Part shown: positions 24,319-31,888 of the stretch, piece by piece | How positions within the stretch are numbered: position 1 is the first letter of the stretch | Layout: every line of letters begins with the position of its first letter | Assembly (NCBI GenBank): GCA_036264815.1 | Contig: DATAQH010000229.1 | Span: 1-35,551, forward strand | Reading direction: 5' to 3' | Length of the DNA: 35,551 nucleotides | Source: Candidatus Cybelea sp. | GTDB taxonomy: Bacteria > Vulcanimicrobiota > Vulcanimicrobiia > Vulcanimicrobiales > Vulcanimicrobiaceae | The notes under the pieces: generated by a model | What the model was told of the DNA's origin: nothing | The model's database searches: none | Seen by the model: only the letters and a program-made list of their open reading frames with translations | Translations under genes and position numbers: made by a program

Positions 24319-25428
24319 CTGAAATACTTCATCTCGACCGGGGAACCGTCCGGAGAGGCTAGCGGGATCGCGCTGGCAGAGGCGATTCGACGATACGATC
24401 CCGACGCGCGGTTCGAAGGAATCGGTGCGGCGCCGATGCGCGCGGCCGGCGTCACGTTGTGGCGCGACCATACCGGATGGGCGAGCATGGGCCCGGCGGC
24501 GGCGTTACCGCGCATTCCGAAATTGCTTCTGGCAATGCTGCAGACGGCCGCGCACATCGTCGCGTCGAAGCCCGCTCTGGTCGTGCTCGTAGACTTCGGC
24601 GTCTTCAATCTCCGGCTGGCCCGTCAGCTGCGCCGAATGAAGTATCCGGGTCCGATCCTCGATCTCTTTCCACCGGGAACCTGGCTGGATGACGAGGAGA
24701 AGGCGCGCCGCGTCAGCGCTGCCTGCGTTCCGGTGACGGTCTTCAAACATCAATACGATTTTTATCGCGGGCTCGGATGCCGCATCGAGTTCTTCGGACA
24801 TCCGCTTACCGGACGCTACGCGCTGCGCCCGCGCAAGGAGCCGCCGCCGCCCGACGGGGGAAAGGTAGCGATCCTCCCGGGCAGCCGCGGGGGCGAGCTG
24901 CGGCGGCACCTGCCGCTGCTGCTGGCGGCGTTTGCCAGGCTTGCGGCGCGGCGCCCCAACCTGGAGGGCGTGATCGGTGCCGCAAACGCACGCGCGCAGC
25001 AGCGCATCGCCGAGACGATCGCGCGCGCAGGTTTAAACAGGGTGAGGATGGCCCGCGGCGTAGCCGAGACCTTGGCCGGCGCGGACGGCGCTTGGGTTTG
25101 CTCGGGCACGGCCGTCCTCGAAACGGCGCTGCTCGGCGTTCCCGCCGTCGCGCTGTACGTGATTCCGCCGGCACTCATTTGGTACGGCAAGCGCATGATC
25201 AGGCATCGCTACATAACTTTGCCGAATCTCGTATTGGGGCGCGAAGTCGTTCCGGAGCTGCTCCAAGACGACGCAACGCCCGAGCGTCTCGCGCAGACGC
25301 TCGAAGGGCTCATGACCGACTCGGCTCGCCAGTACGCAGACTACGCGGAGATGCGCGAAGCGCTCGGTCCGAGCGATGCGCTGGAGCGCTGCGCGAAGTT
25401 CGCGGTCGCACTCGCGCGTGCCGGTTGA
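24319..25428 (+). CDS. lpxB: Lipid-A-disaccharide synthase (start codon non-canonical or unresolved)
   Basis: The ORF track starts at ATG 24436, but the same frame is open from 24307 and encodes the conserved LpxB N-terminus (L)KYFISTGEPSGEASGIALAEAIRRYDPDARFEGIGAAPM. Downstream matches include ILPGSRGGELRRHLP, SGTAVLETALLGVPAVALY and ITLPNLVLGREVVPELLQ. The only candidate starts are CTG 24319 or ATC 24307. Confidence 0.85.
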   Translation: MKYFISTGEPSGEASGIALAEAIRRYDPDARFEGIGAAPMRAAGVTLWRDHTGWASMGPAAALPRIPKLLLAMLQTAAHIVASKPALVVLVDFGVFNLRLARQLRRMKYPGPILDLFPPGTWLDDEEKARRVSAACVPVTVFKHQYDFYRGLGCRIEFFGHPLTGRYALRPRKEPPPPDGGKVAILPGSRGGELRRHLPLLLAAFARLAARRPNLEGVIGAANARAQQRIAETIARAGLNRVRMARGVAETLAGADGAWVCSGTAVLETALLGVPAVALYVIPPALIWYGKRMIRHRYITLPNLVLGREVVPELLQDDATPERLAQTLEGLMTDSARQYADYAEMREALGPSDALERCAKFAVALARAG

Positions 25429-25442
25429 GACGCAGCGCGGGC

Positions 25443-26186
25443 ATGCTACGCATCTATCATACGTCCGATCTGCACGACCATCGGGGATTCGTGCCTCGTC
25501 TGCGCGCGTTGCGCGCGCAGCGCCCCGGGCTTTTATTCGATTGCGGCGATTCGCTGCGCGGCAGCCAAACCGTCTACCATCGCACCGAGCCGGTCGTCGG
25601 CGAACTCCGCGAGGCCGGCTACGACGCCCAGAGCATCGGCAACCGCGAGTTCCATTATCTGTTTGCGCTCCTGCGCGCCCGCGCGCGGACGATGGGCTAT
25701 CCGCTGGTCTGCACGAACCTGCGCGACGTCAAGGGGCGCGAGCTGCCCTTTGCGCAGTCGCTGCGCTTCGCCGTACCCGACGGTACGGGCGGATCCTACA
25801 GCGTGCATGTTTTGGGCTTGCTGATCATGCAGTATCCCGTCGGCAGCCCCTGGGAGCGGCTCTTCGGCTGGCGCTTTCTGGATCCGTGGGACGCGATCGC
25901 GCCGTACGCCGCCGCGCTCGCCCCGCACGAGCCCTTGATCGTGCTCTCGCATCTGGGACTCTCGCTCGACGTCAAACTCGCACAACGCGTACCACGGATC
26001 GATCTGCTGCTGGGCGGCCATAGCCACGACACGCTCGCGCAGCCGCGATACGCCGGCGACGTGCCGATCGTTCACGCGGGACCGTACGGAAAGTTCGTTT
26101 CGCGCAGCGAGCTCGTCTACGCGCCGGGGCGGCGCCGGTTCGTGCTGCACGACTTCGCGCTGCTGCCGCTGCTGGAAGCATCGTGA
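25443..26186 (+). CDS. Calcineurin-like metallophosphoesterase (5'-nucleotidase-N-like), function unknown
   Basis: ATG 25443; the ORF-track start 24777 overlaps lpxB out of frame. Motifs are HTSDLHDH, CGDSLRG, GNREF (variant of GNH[DE]), LSHLG and GGHSHD. Starts 15 nt after the lpxB stop and overlaps the next gene (GTGA). Confidence 0.8.
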   Translation: MLRIYHTSDLHDHRGFVPRLRALRAQRPGLLFDCGDSLRGSQTVYHRTEPVVGELREAGYDAQSIGNREFHYLFALLRARARTMGYPLVCTNLRDVKGRELPFAQSLRFAVPDGTGGSYSVHVLGLLIMQYPVGSPWERLFGWRFLDPWDAIAPYAAALAPHEPLIVLSHLGLSLDVKLAQRVPRIDLLLGGHSHDTLAQPRYAGDVPIVHAGPYGKFVSRSELVYAPGRRRFVLHDFALLPLLEAS

Positions 26187-27346
26187 CGCGCGTGCTCTTC
26201 GTCTCGAACGGGCACGGCGAGGCCGCAATCGCCGACCGCATCGCCTTGGAGATTCGCGAGATGGAGCCCGGGTCGATCCGCGACCATCTCGCGCTCGTGG
26301 GCGTGAGCGCGGCGGAATCGGCGCGGGAGGTTGGCCCGCGCCGCGCGATGCCCAGCGGCGGTTTGATAGCGATGGGAAACGTCGGCAATCTGCTGCGGGA
26401 TTTACGCGCGGGGCTTTTGTCGCTCGTGGGAGCACAGCGACGCTTTCTGCGCTCGGTGCGAGGAGAGTACGACGCCGTGGTTGCCGTCGGTGACGTCTAT
26501 TGCTTGGCGATGGCGCGGCGCGCGCACGCGAAGACGATTTTCGTGGGCACGGCGAAAAGCGTGAGCGTGGCGCCCTACGGAAGGTTCGAGAGGCTCCTGC
26601 TTTCTCGCGCGCAGGCGTGTTTCGTGCGCGACGACGCGACGGTACGTTCGCTGCGCGAGGACGGAGTGAGCGTCGAGCCTTCTGCAAACGTGATCGTCGA
26701 TCTCTTCGAGAACTCAGGCGATGACGACGCGGCTCGCGCGCACCGCGGTTTCGATCCCGCGCTCGCGCTCTTCCCCGGAAGCCGCCCCAGCGCGTACGGC
26801 GATGCCGCCTTCTTATTGCAGGTCGTTGCGGAGATCGCCGCCGCGCATCCGACTGCCGGCGCCGTTCTCTCGATCGCGCCGGGGCTCGATCCGGTTCGCT
26901 TCGCGACCGAAGCGCGGCGTGCCGGCTGGGAGGTAAGCGACGGAGTCGCTGCGCGGATTCCGTTCGTGCTGTGCGCGCAGGGACGAGCAGTCGTGCGGGC
27001 GTGGAACGGGCCGCTCGGTGCGGTGCTCGCACGCGCGGACCTCGTTCTCGGACAAGCGGGAACCGCAAACGAAGGTGCGGCGGCAGCGGGCGTTCCGGTC
27101 GTCGCTTTCGATCGCGAGCGCGACACGGGGTCGCGCTGGTATCGGCAACGGCAGCAGGGCCTGCTCGACGGCGCACTCACCGTTCTTCCCGGCGACCTTC
27201 CCACGGCGGTTCGCGGCGTCGTCGAGCTTTTGAACGATCCCGATCGGCGCAGGCGGATGGCGGAGATCGGGCGCGCGCGCATGGGGAGTCCGGGCGGGGC
27301 GCGGCGCATTGCGGTATGCGTGCTGGCGCTCGCGCGCGGCGGCTGA
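26183..27346 (+). CDS. LpxB-related GT-B glycosyltransferase (lipid-A-disaccharide synthase-related family, from memory TIGR03492-like)
   Basis: 387-aa ORF. N-terminal VLFVSNGHGEAAIADRIALEI and C-terminal ADLVLGQAGTANEGAAAAGVPVVAF mirror the LpxB N- and C-lobe motifs, but the protein is clearly distinct from the bona fide lpxB upstream. Confidence 0.7.
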   Translation: MTRVLFVSNGHGEAAIADRIALEIREMEPGSIRDHLALVGVSAAESAREVGPRRAMPSGGLIAMGNVGNLLRDLRAGLLSLVGAQRRFLRSVRGEYDAVVAVGDVYCLAMARRAHAKTIFVGTAKSVSVAPYGRFERLLLSRAQACFVRDDATVRSLREDGVSVEPSANVIVDLFENSGDDDAARAHRGFDPALALFPGSRPSAYGDAAFLLQVVAEIAAAHPTAGAVLSIAPGLDPVRFATEARRAGWEVSDGVAARIPFVLCAQGRAVVRAWNGPLGAVLARADLVLGQAGTANEGAAAAGVPVVAFDRERDTGSRWYRQRQQGLLDGALTVLPGDLPTAVRGVVELLNDPDRRRRMAEIGRARMGSPGGARRIAVCVLALARGG

Positions 27347-28536
27347 TGCGGCGCTTCGTCCCCCCCGGCCTCGCGCTGATCTACTCGGCGCTCCCACTTT
27401 TTCCGAGCTTCATCGCGCTGACCGGCGTGGCGTTTCCAGGCGTCTCGCTGCTGCCGATTCCGGCGACGCTCGCGGTGCTCGGCGGCTGCTGCGTTCTTGC
27501 CGTTTACGCGCTGGTCATACTCGCACGATATCCGCTGCCCGGCTCGCAGCCGCTGTTTTTGCCGTTGCTCTCGATCTTCGCTGCGGGACTGCTCGCCGGA
27601 TGCTTGGGCTTCGATCCGCGCTCGGGTCTGCTCTTCACCTTCATCGGCGGCCTCGGTATCGTCTGGCACTGCTCGATCATGCGCTTCTACGACGATCGCT
27701 ACGCGGCTGCAGCGCTCTTCTTTGCCTATCTTCTCTCGGGAGGCATCGCGGCCGCGGTTGCAATCGTGACGGTCGTGCTGCGCGTACCGGCGGCGCTCTA
27801 CGCGCTGCAGCACGGGCGTGCGACCGGAACGTTCATCCTGCCCGGCGAGCTCGCGGGGTATCTGATCGTGCTGCTGCCGGTCGCCTTTGCCGTCGGGCGC
27901 GTCGCGAGTCTGCCGGCAATGCGAGCCCTCGCATGGAGCGTCTTCGGCGTCGGGCTCGTCGCTCTGGTGCTGACGTTTTCGCGCGCCGGATGGATGGGCG
28001 CGGCAGCCGCGGCGGCCTTCCTGGTCGCGGTGCGTACCCGTCGCCCCGCGGTTGCGGCAGCGGTCGCGGGCGCCGGCCTTTTGGCGATCGTGCTGCTCTT
28101 TAACGCGCATCACGATCCGAGCGAAGATTACACGCGCCTCTCGATCTGGCAGGCAGCCATCGAGATCATCAACCGCTTCCCCCTGCTGGGCGTCGGGCCG
28201 TTCAACTTCTCGCATCTCTACGCGCTCGTCCGCGCACCCGACGGGGACGCGACGGCATTCCACGCTCACAGCCTCTATCTCACGTTTTTCGCCGAGTTCG
28301 GACTCGTGGGAGTCGCCGCGGTCGCGTGGACGATGTGGCGATTCGCGCAAGAACTGCAGCGGCGGCTCGCCACCGCCACGCCGTCGGCGGCGCTGCTCTC
28401 CTGCAGCATCGCCGCCGGGCTGGTCGGGGTGGGAGTTCAAGGCCTGATCGACACGGTGAGCGTGGTAATCTTTGGATTATGGATGCCCACGTTGGCCCTT
28501 GCGCTTGCCACGGCAGCCTCTCGCGAGGTTCCCTAG
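27346..28536 (+). CDS. O-antigen ligase/polymerase-like polytopic membrane protein (Wzy_C family)
   Basis: ATG 27346 (TGATG overlap). About 10 predicted TM helices. RATGTFILPGELAGYL, TFSRAGWMG and FHAHSLYLTFFAEFGLVG resemble the WaaL/Wzy_C periplasmic-loop signature. Confidence 0.8.
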   Translation: MRRFVPPGLALIYSALPLFPSFIALTGVAFPGVSLLPIPATLAVLGGCCVLAVYALVILARYPLPGSQPLFLPLLSIFAAGLLAGCLGFDPRSGLLFTFIGGLGIVWHCSIMRFYDDRYAAAALFFAYLLSGGIAAAVAIVTVVLRVPAALYALQHGRATGTFILPGELAGYLIVLLPVAFAVGRVASLPAMRALAWSVFGVGLVALVLTFSRAGWMGAAAAAAFLVAVRTRRPAVAAAVAGAGLLAIVLLFNAHHDPSEDYTRLSIWQAAIEIINRFPLLGVGPFNFSHLYALVRAPDGDATAFHAHSLYLTFFAEFGLVGVAAVAWTMWRFAQELQRRLATATPSAALLSCSIAAGLVGVGVQGLIDTVSVVIFGLWMPTLALALATAASREVP

Positions 28537-29084
28537 TGCGGCTGGTTCGAGCGGTCGCGGCGCTCGTTCTGACGACGGTCACCGCGTGCAACCCGCAGCC
28601 CCCCAAAAGCGCTCCGTCCCCGCGGCCGCACGCGACGCCGCGTGCCAAGGGCACCCCGCTTACCTTCGTGGTCACCGGGAAAGGCACGGCCAATCGCCCG
28701 ATCCACTTTATTCAGCAAGTCCACAACCGCATAAACTACGATCTGCTGGCGAGCTCGTACGAGAGCAAGGGCCCGCAGAACAGCATGCGCTCGGTCTTCT
28801 CGGATGCCCGGGTTACGTTTCGGGACCCCAAGGGCTCCACGATCACGGCCAGCGCTCCGCAAGCCGTCGTCGATCAGACCGCGAACACCGTTACGCTGAC
28901 CGGCGGCGTGGCGGCTCACACCGCGGCGGGGATGACGCTGCACTGCGACGAGCTCGTTTATCGTCGGGACAACGCTAGCTTACACGGAGACGGCAACGTA
29001 GTGATTACCGACCCCAAAGGCTTTCGCGCAACCGGGTCCAGTTTCGATTCCGACATTTCGCTGACACACATGCGGATGCAATGA
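28536..29084 (+). CDS. LptC/OstA-fold periplasmic LPS-transport protein, probably lipidated
   Basis: GTG 28536 (TAGTG overlap). Signal with VLTTVTAC. The beta-rich body ([83 protein letters not shown]) fits the LptC/LptA jellyroll repeat pattern. ATGA overlap with lptB. Confidence 0.6.
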   Translation: MRLVRAVAALVLTTVTACNPQPPKSAPSPRPHATPRAKGTPLTFVVTGKGTANRPIHFIQQVHNRINYDLLASSYESKGPQNSMRSVFSDARVTFRDPKGSTITASAPQAVVDQTANTVTLTGGVAAHTAAGMTLHCDELVYRRDNASLHGDGNVVITDPKGFRATGSSFDSDISLTHMRMQ

Positions 29085-29824
29085 GCCACGTCCCCTCAAT
29101 CAAGGTACGCGGACTCGTCAAACGGTACGGCGAGCGCACCGTCGTCAACGGCGTCACGGCCGCAGTAGAGACGGGTGAAGTCGTCGGCCTGCTGGGGCCC
29201 AACGGAGCCGGCAAGACGACGACGTTCTACATGGTCGTCGGACTCGTCAAGCCCGATGGCGGAAGCGTGCTCTTGACCAACGGCGACCACGAGATCGATC
29301 TGACCGGTGCGCCGATGTACGCGCGTGCGCGAAACGGTATCGGTTATCTCGCGCAAGAGAACTCGATCTTCCGCAAGCTCTCCGTCGGCGACAACATCCG
29401 CCTGATCTGGCAGCAGAACGGCGTCCCGCACGACGAACGCGAGCGGCGGCTGCCGGCACTCCTCGAAGAGTTCGGTTTGCGCGCTTTCGTCGACGCTCGC
29501 GGGGACAGCCTTTCGGGAGGCGAGCGGCGGCGCGTCGAGATCGCCCGGGCCCTCGCGATCGAGCCATCGTTCCTTTTGCTCGACGAGCCCTTCACCGGCA
29601 TCGATCCGATTGCCGTCGCCGATATCCAGGCGATGATCCGTCAGCTACGCGACCGCGGTCTCGGGATCCTGATTACCGACCACCAAGTACGCGAAACGCT
29701 CGCGATCGTGGACCGCGCGTACATCCTCAACAATGGGCGAATCGAAGTCTCGGGCTCCGCGCAAGAGGTGCTCGACTCCCCGATCGCACGCCAATTCTAT
29801 CTGGGCGAAGGGTTCCGGTTATAG
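29081..29824 (+). CDS. lptB: LPS export ABC transporter ATP-binding protein LptB
   Basis: 247-aa [56 protein letters not shown], and C-terminal [10 protein letters not shown] typical of LptB. Confidence 0.93.
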   Translation: MSHVPSIKVRGLVKRYGERTVVNGVTAAVETGEVVGLLGPNGAGKTTTFYMVVGLVKPDGGSVLLTNGDHEIDLTGAPMYARARNGIGYLAQENSIFRKLSVGDNIRLIWQQNGVPHDERERRLPALLEEFGLRAFVDARGDSLSGGERRRVEIARALAIEPSFLLLDEPFTGIDPIAVADIQAMIRQLRDRGLGILITDHQVRETLAIVDRAYILNNGRIEVSGSAQEVLDSPIARQFYLGEGFRL

Positions 29825-29849
29825 CCTCTTTCGCCGGAGGAGCCGGCTA

Positions 29850-30953
29850 GTGCGGTTTACGATTCTCGACCGCTACATGCTGGCCGAGCTGGGCGGCCCG
29901 TTCGTCTTCGGCCTGTCGGCATTTATGCTCATCTTCGCGGCGACCGAGATCTTGAACATCGGCAAGCTGGTGAGCAACGATCACGCACCGATCTGGGCCG
30001 CGCTAACGGTCTTCCTATGGTCGCTGCCGGCCGATGTCGTGCTCGTGATTCCAATGGCGCTCCTGCTCGGCACGCTGCTCGCGGTTCAGCGACTCTCGGG
30101 CGAGAGCGAGCTTACCGCGATGAAGGCTGCGGGAATTACCTTCACCCGGATCGTGGCTCCGCTATTGGCCGTCGGTATCGTGATGTCGTTCGTCACGTAC
30201 TATCTCCAAGAGAGCGTCGTGCCGTATGCCAACGATCAGCTCACGGAGATCGAAAACGGGGTGATCAATCACATCAGCGCGTTCAACCGTGACTTGACCG
30301 TTTCGGCCCCGCTGCCCGGCGGCGGAAGACAGATGACGATCGCTACCGCGTACGAACCGAACTCGCGCGCGTTGCTTCACGTAACGTTGATTCAATACGA
30401 CAACCACAACGAGCCCCGGCAGATCATCTTTGCCGATCGGGCCGAGTTCGGCGCCGATAAGTGGACGCTGCAGAACTCCAGCGTCTATCGTTTCAGTCCC
30501 GACGGCACGACGCTCTCCGAGCCGCACATCCCGTTCCAGGAGGTCCAAATCGGCGAAAAGCCAACGGATTTGGTCAAGCGCATGAGCAACGACGATCCCG
30601 AGAACATGAGCCGATCGGAGATCGCCGACGTCGTCCACTCCGGCCAGCTGACCGAAACGGAGCGCCGCAAGTACGTTACGACCTACCAGGAGAAGCTGGC
30701 GCGGCCCTTTGCAAGCTTCGTCTTCATTCTCATCGCCATACCGTTTGGATTGCGGCAGATCCGATCGAGCGGCAGCACGAGCCTCGGCTTCGGGCTCTCG
30801 TTGGCAATCGTCTTCGTTTACTACGTCGTCATGACGGTCTGCTCGTTCGCGGGGGAAGCGATGCTTTCGCTTGCCGCGTTGTGGGCCTGGATGCCGAACC
30901 TGCTGTTTACCGCGATCGGATTGTTCCGGCTGCGACGAGCCGCAATGGTATGA
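29850..30953 (+). CDS. LptF/LptG-family LPS export permease (YjgP/YjgQ)
   Basis: GTG 29850 preceded by GGAGGAG. FTILDRYMLAELGGPFVFGLSAFMLIF N-terminus, a periplasmic beta-jellyroll insert, and C-terminal TM helices. Only one such gene is in the window. Confidence 0.88.
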   Translation: MRFTILDRYMLAELGGPFVFGLSAFMLIFAATEILNIGKLVSNDHAPIWAALTVFLWSLPADVVLVIPMALLLGTLLAVQRLSGESELTAMKAAGITFTRIVAPLLAVGIVMSFVTYYLQESVVPYANDQLTEIENGVINHISAFNRDLTVSAPLPGGGRQMTIATAYEPNSRALLHVTLIQYDNHNEPRQIIFADRAEFGADKWTLQNSSVYRFSPDGTTLSEPHIPFQEVQIGEKPTDLVKRMSNDDPENMSRSEIADVVHSGQLTETERRKYVTTYQEKLARPFASFVFILIAIPFGLRQIRSSGSTSLGFGLSLAIVFVYYVVMTVCSFAGEAMLSLAALWAWMPNLLFTAIGLFRLRRAAMV

Positions 30954-31204
30954 GCTTTGTCGAGATCGTCCGCGGGATCGGTAACGTCGCCTTCGTGATG
31001 GCCATCGCCGGCGGCGTGGCTTACGTCGGCGATCGCGTCGGCCATCAGGTCGGCCGCCGGCGTTTGAGCCTGTTTGGAATTCGCCCGCGTTACACGTCGA
31101 CGATCGTCGCCATCGCGACCGGAATGGTGATCGCCCTGGTCGTAACCCTCGGCGCGATATTTGCCTCGCAACAGGTAAAGACGGCGTTCTTCAAGCTAAA
31201 TTAG
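30950..31204 (+). CDS. DUF3084-like protein, N-terminal membrane fragment (terminated by in-frame TAG)
   Basis: ATG 30950 (ATGA overlap with the lptF/G-type gene). FVMAIAGGVAYVGDRVGHQVGRRRLSLFGIRPRYTSTIVAIATGMVIALVV matches my recollection of the DUF3084 N-terminus: two TM helices flanking GDrlG..vGkkRLSlF.lRPr.T. Confidence 0.7.
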   Translation: MSFVEIVRGIGNVAFVMAIAGGVAYVGDRVGHQVGRRRLSLFGIRPRYTSTIVAIATGMVIALVVTLGAIFASQQVKTAFFKLN

Positions 31205-31297
31205 ATTAACGCGCAGATCGGCGAGCTTCAGGCCCGCCAGCGCGATCTCGAAACCAAGGTCAACAGCGGACGGCTCGTCTTCCCGGTCGACACGCTG

Positions 31298-31888
31298 ATG
31301 GTCCCGTTCTACCGGATCATCGACCAGTCGGCGTCACCCGCGAAGCGCCTGTCGACGGTTCGCGACTACTACTTCTTTGCGGTGAAGTACGTCAACGCGA
31401 CCTATCCCCGCCTGGGGCTGCGCCCGTACGTCTTCCCGCCCGACGTAGACAAGAAGCTCAGCGGCGTCGCCAACGATCTGACGACCGCTGCGAAGCTCTC
31501 GCAGGCCAACGTCATGCTCACCGTAACGTCGGATCAGAATCTGTTCGAAAACGACCAGATTCACTTCGCGATCAACGTGACGCCGGACATCCGCTACTTT
31601 CGCAAGGGCGATATCATCGCGCAGCTCGTGATCCCAGGCCGGAGCGGCGCGAGCATCAACATCGCGCTTTCGCAGCTGCAGAACTACGTCTCGATCACGG
31701 CCCGGCGGCTGCAGCTCCCGACGTTCCTTACCGACATTCAGCCGCTTCAGCTAATTCCCGACGCGCAGCAGATGCAGCAGCGAATCTCGCGCCAAGGCAC
31801 CTTTCTGCTCACGGCGTACGTCGCGCAGGATTTCTATCCGCACGTCGGCGGTATCCCGATCGTGATCGTCCTGACCCCCCGGCCTTGA
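31298..31888 (+). CDS. DUF3084-like protein, C-terminal fragment (frame open from 31205)
   Basis: Same reading frame as 30950-31204. The codons immediately after the TAG read INAQIGELQARQRDLETKVNSGRLVF (coiled coil) before the first ATG at 31298. Together the two pieces form one 312-codon gene interrupted at codon 85. Confidence 0.7.
   Translation: MVPFYRIIDQSASPAKRLSTVRDYYFFAVKYVNATYPRLGLRPYVFPPDVDKKLSGVANDLTTAAKLSQANVMLTVTSDQNLFENDQIHFAINVTPDIRYFRKGDIIAQLVIPGRSGASINIALSQLQNYVSITARRLQLPTFLTDIQPLQLIPDAQQMQQRISRQGTFLLTAYVAQDFYPHVGGIPIVIVLTPRP

Noticed and set aside
24777-25442. N-terminal 222 codons of the 469-aa ORF that would extend the metallophosphoesterase back over lpxB.
   Set aside because: The extension is an Arg/Ala-rich frame overlapping the well-supported lpxB frame. 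The phosphoesterase motif I (HTSDLHD) follows immediately after ATG 25443.
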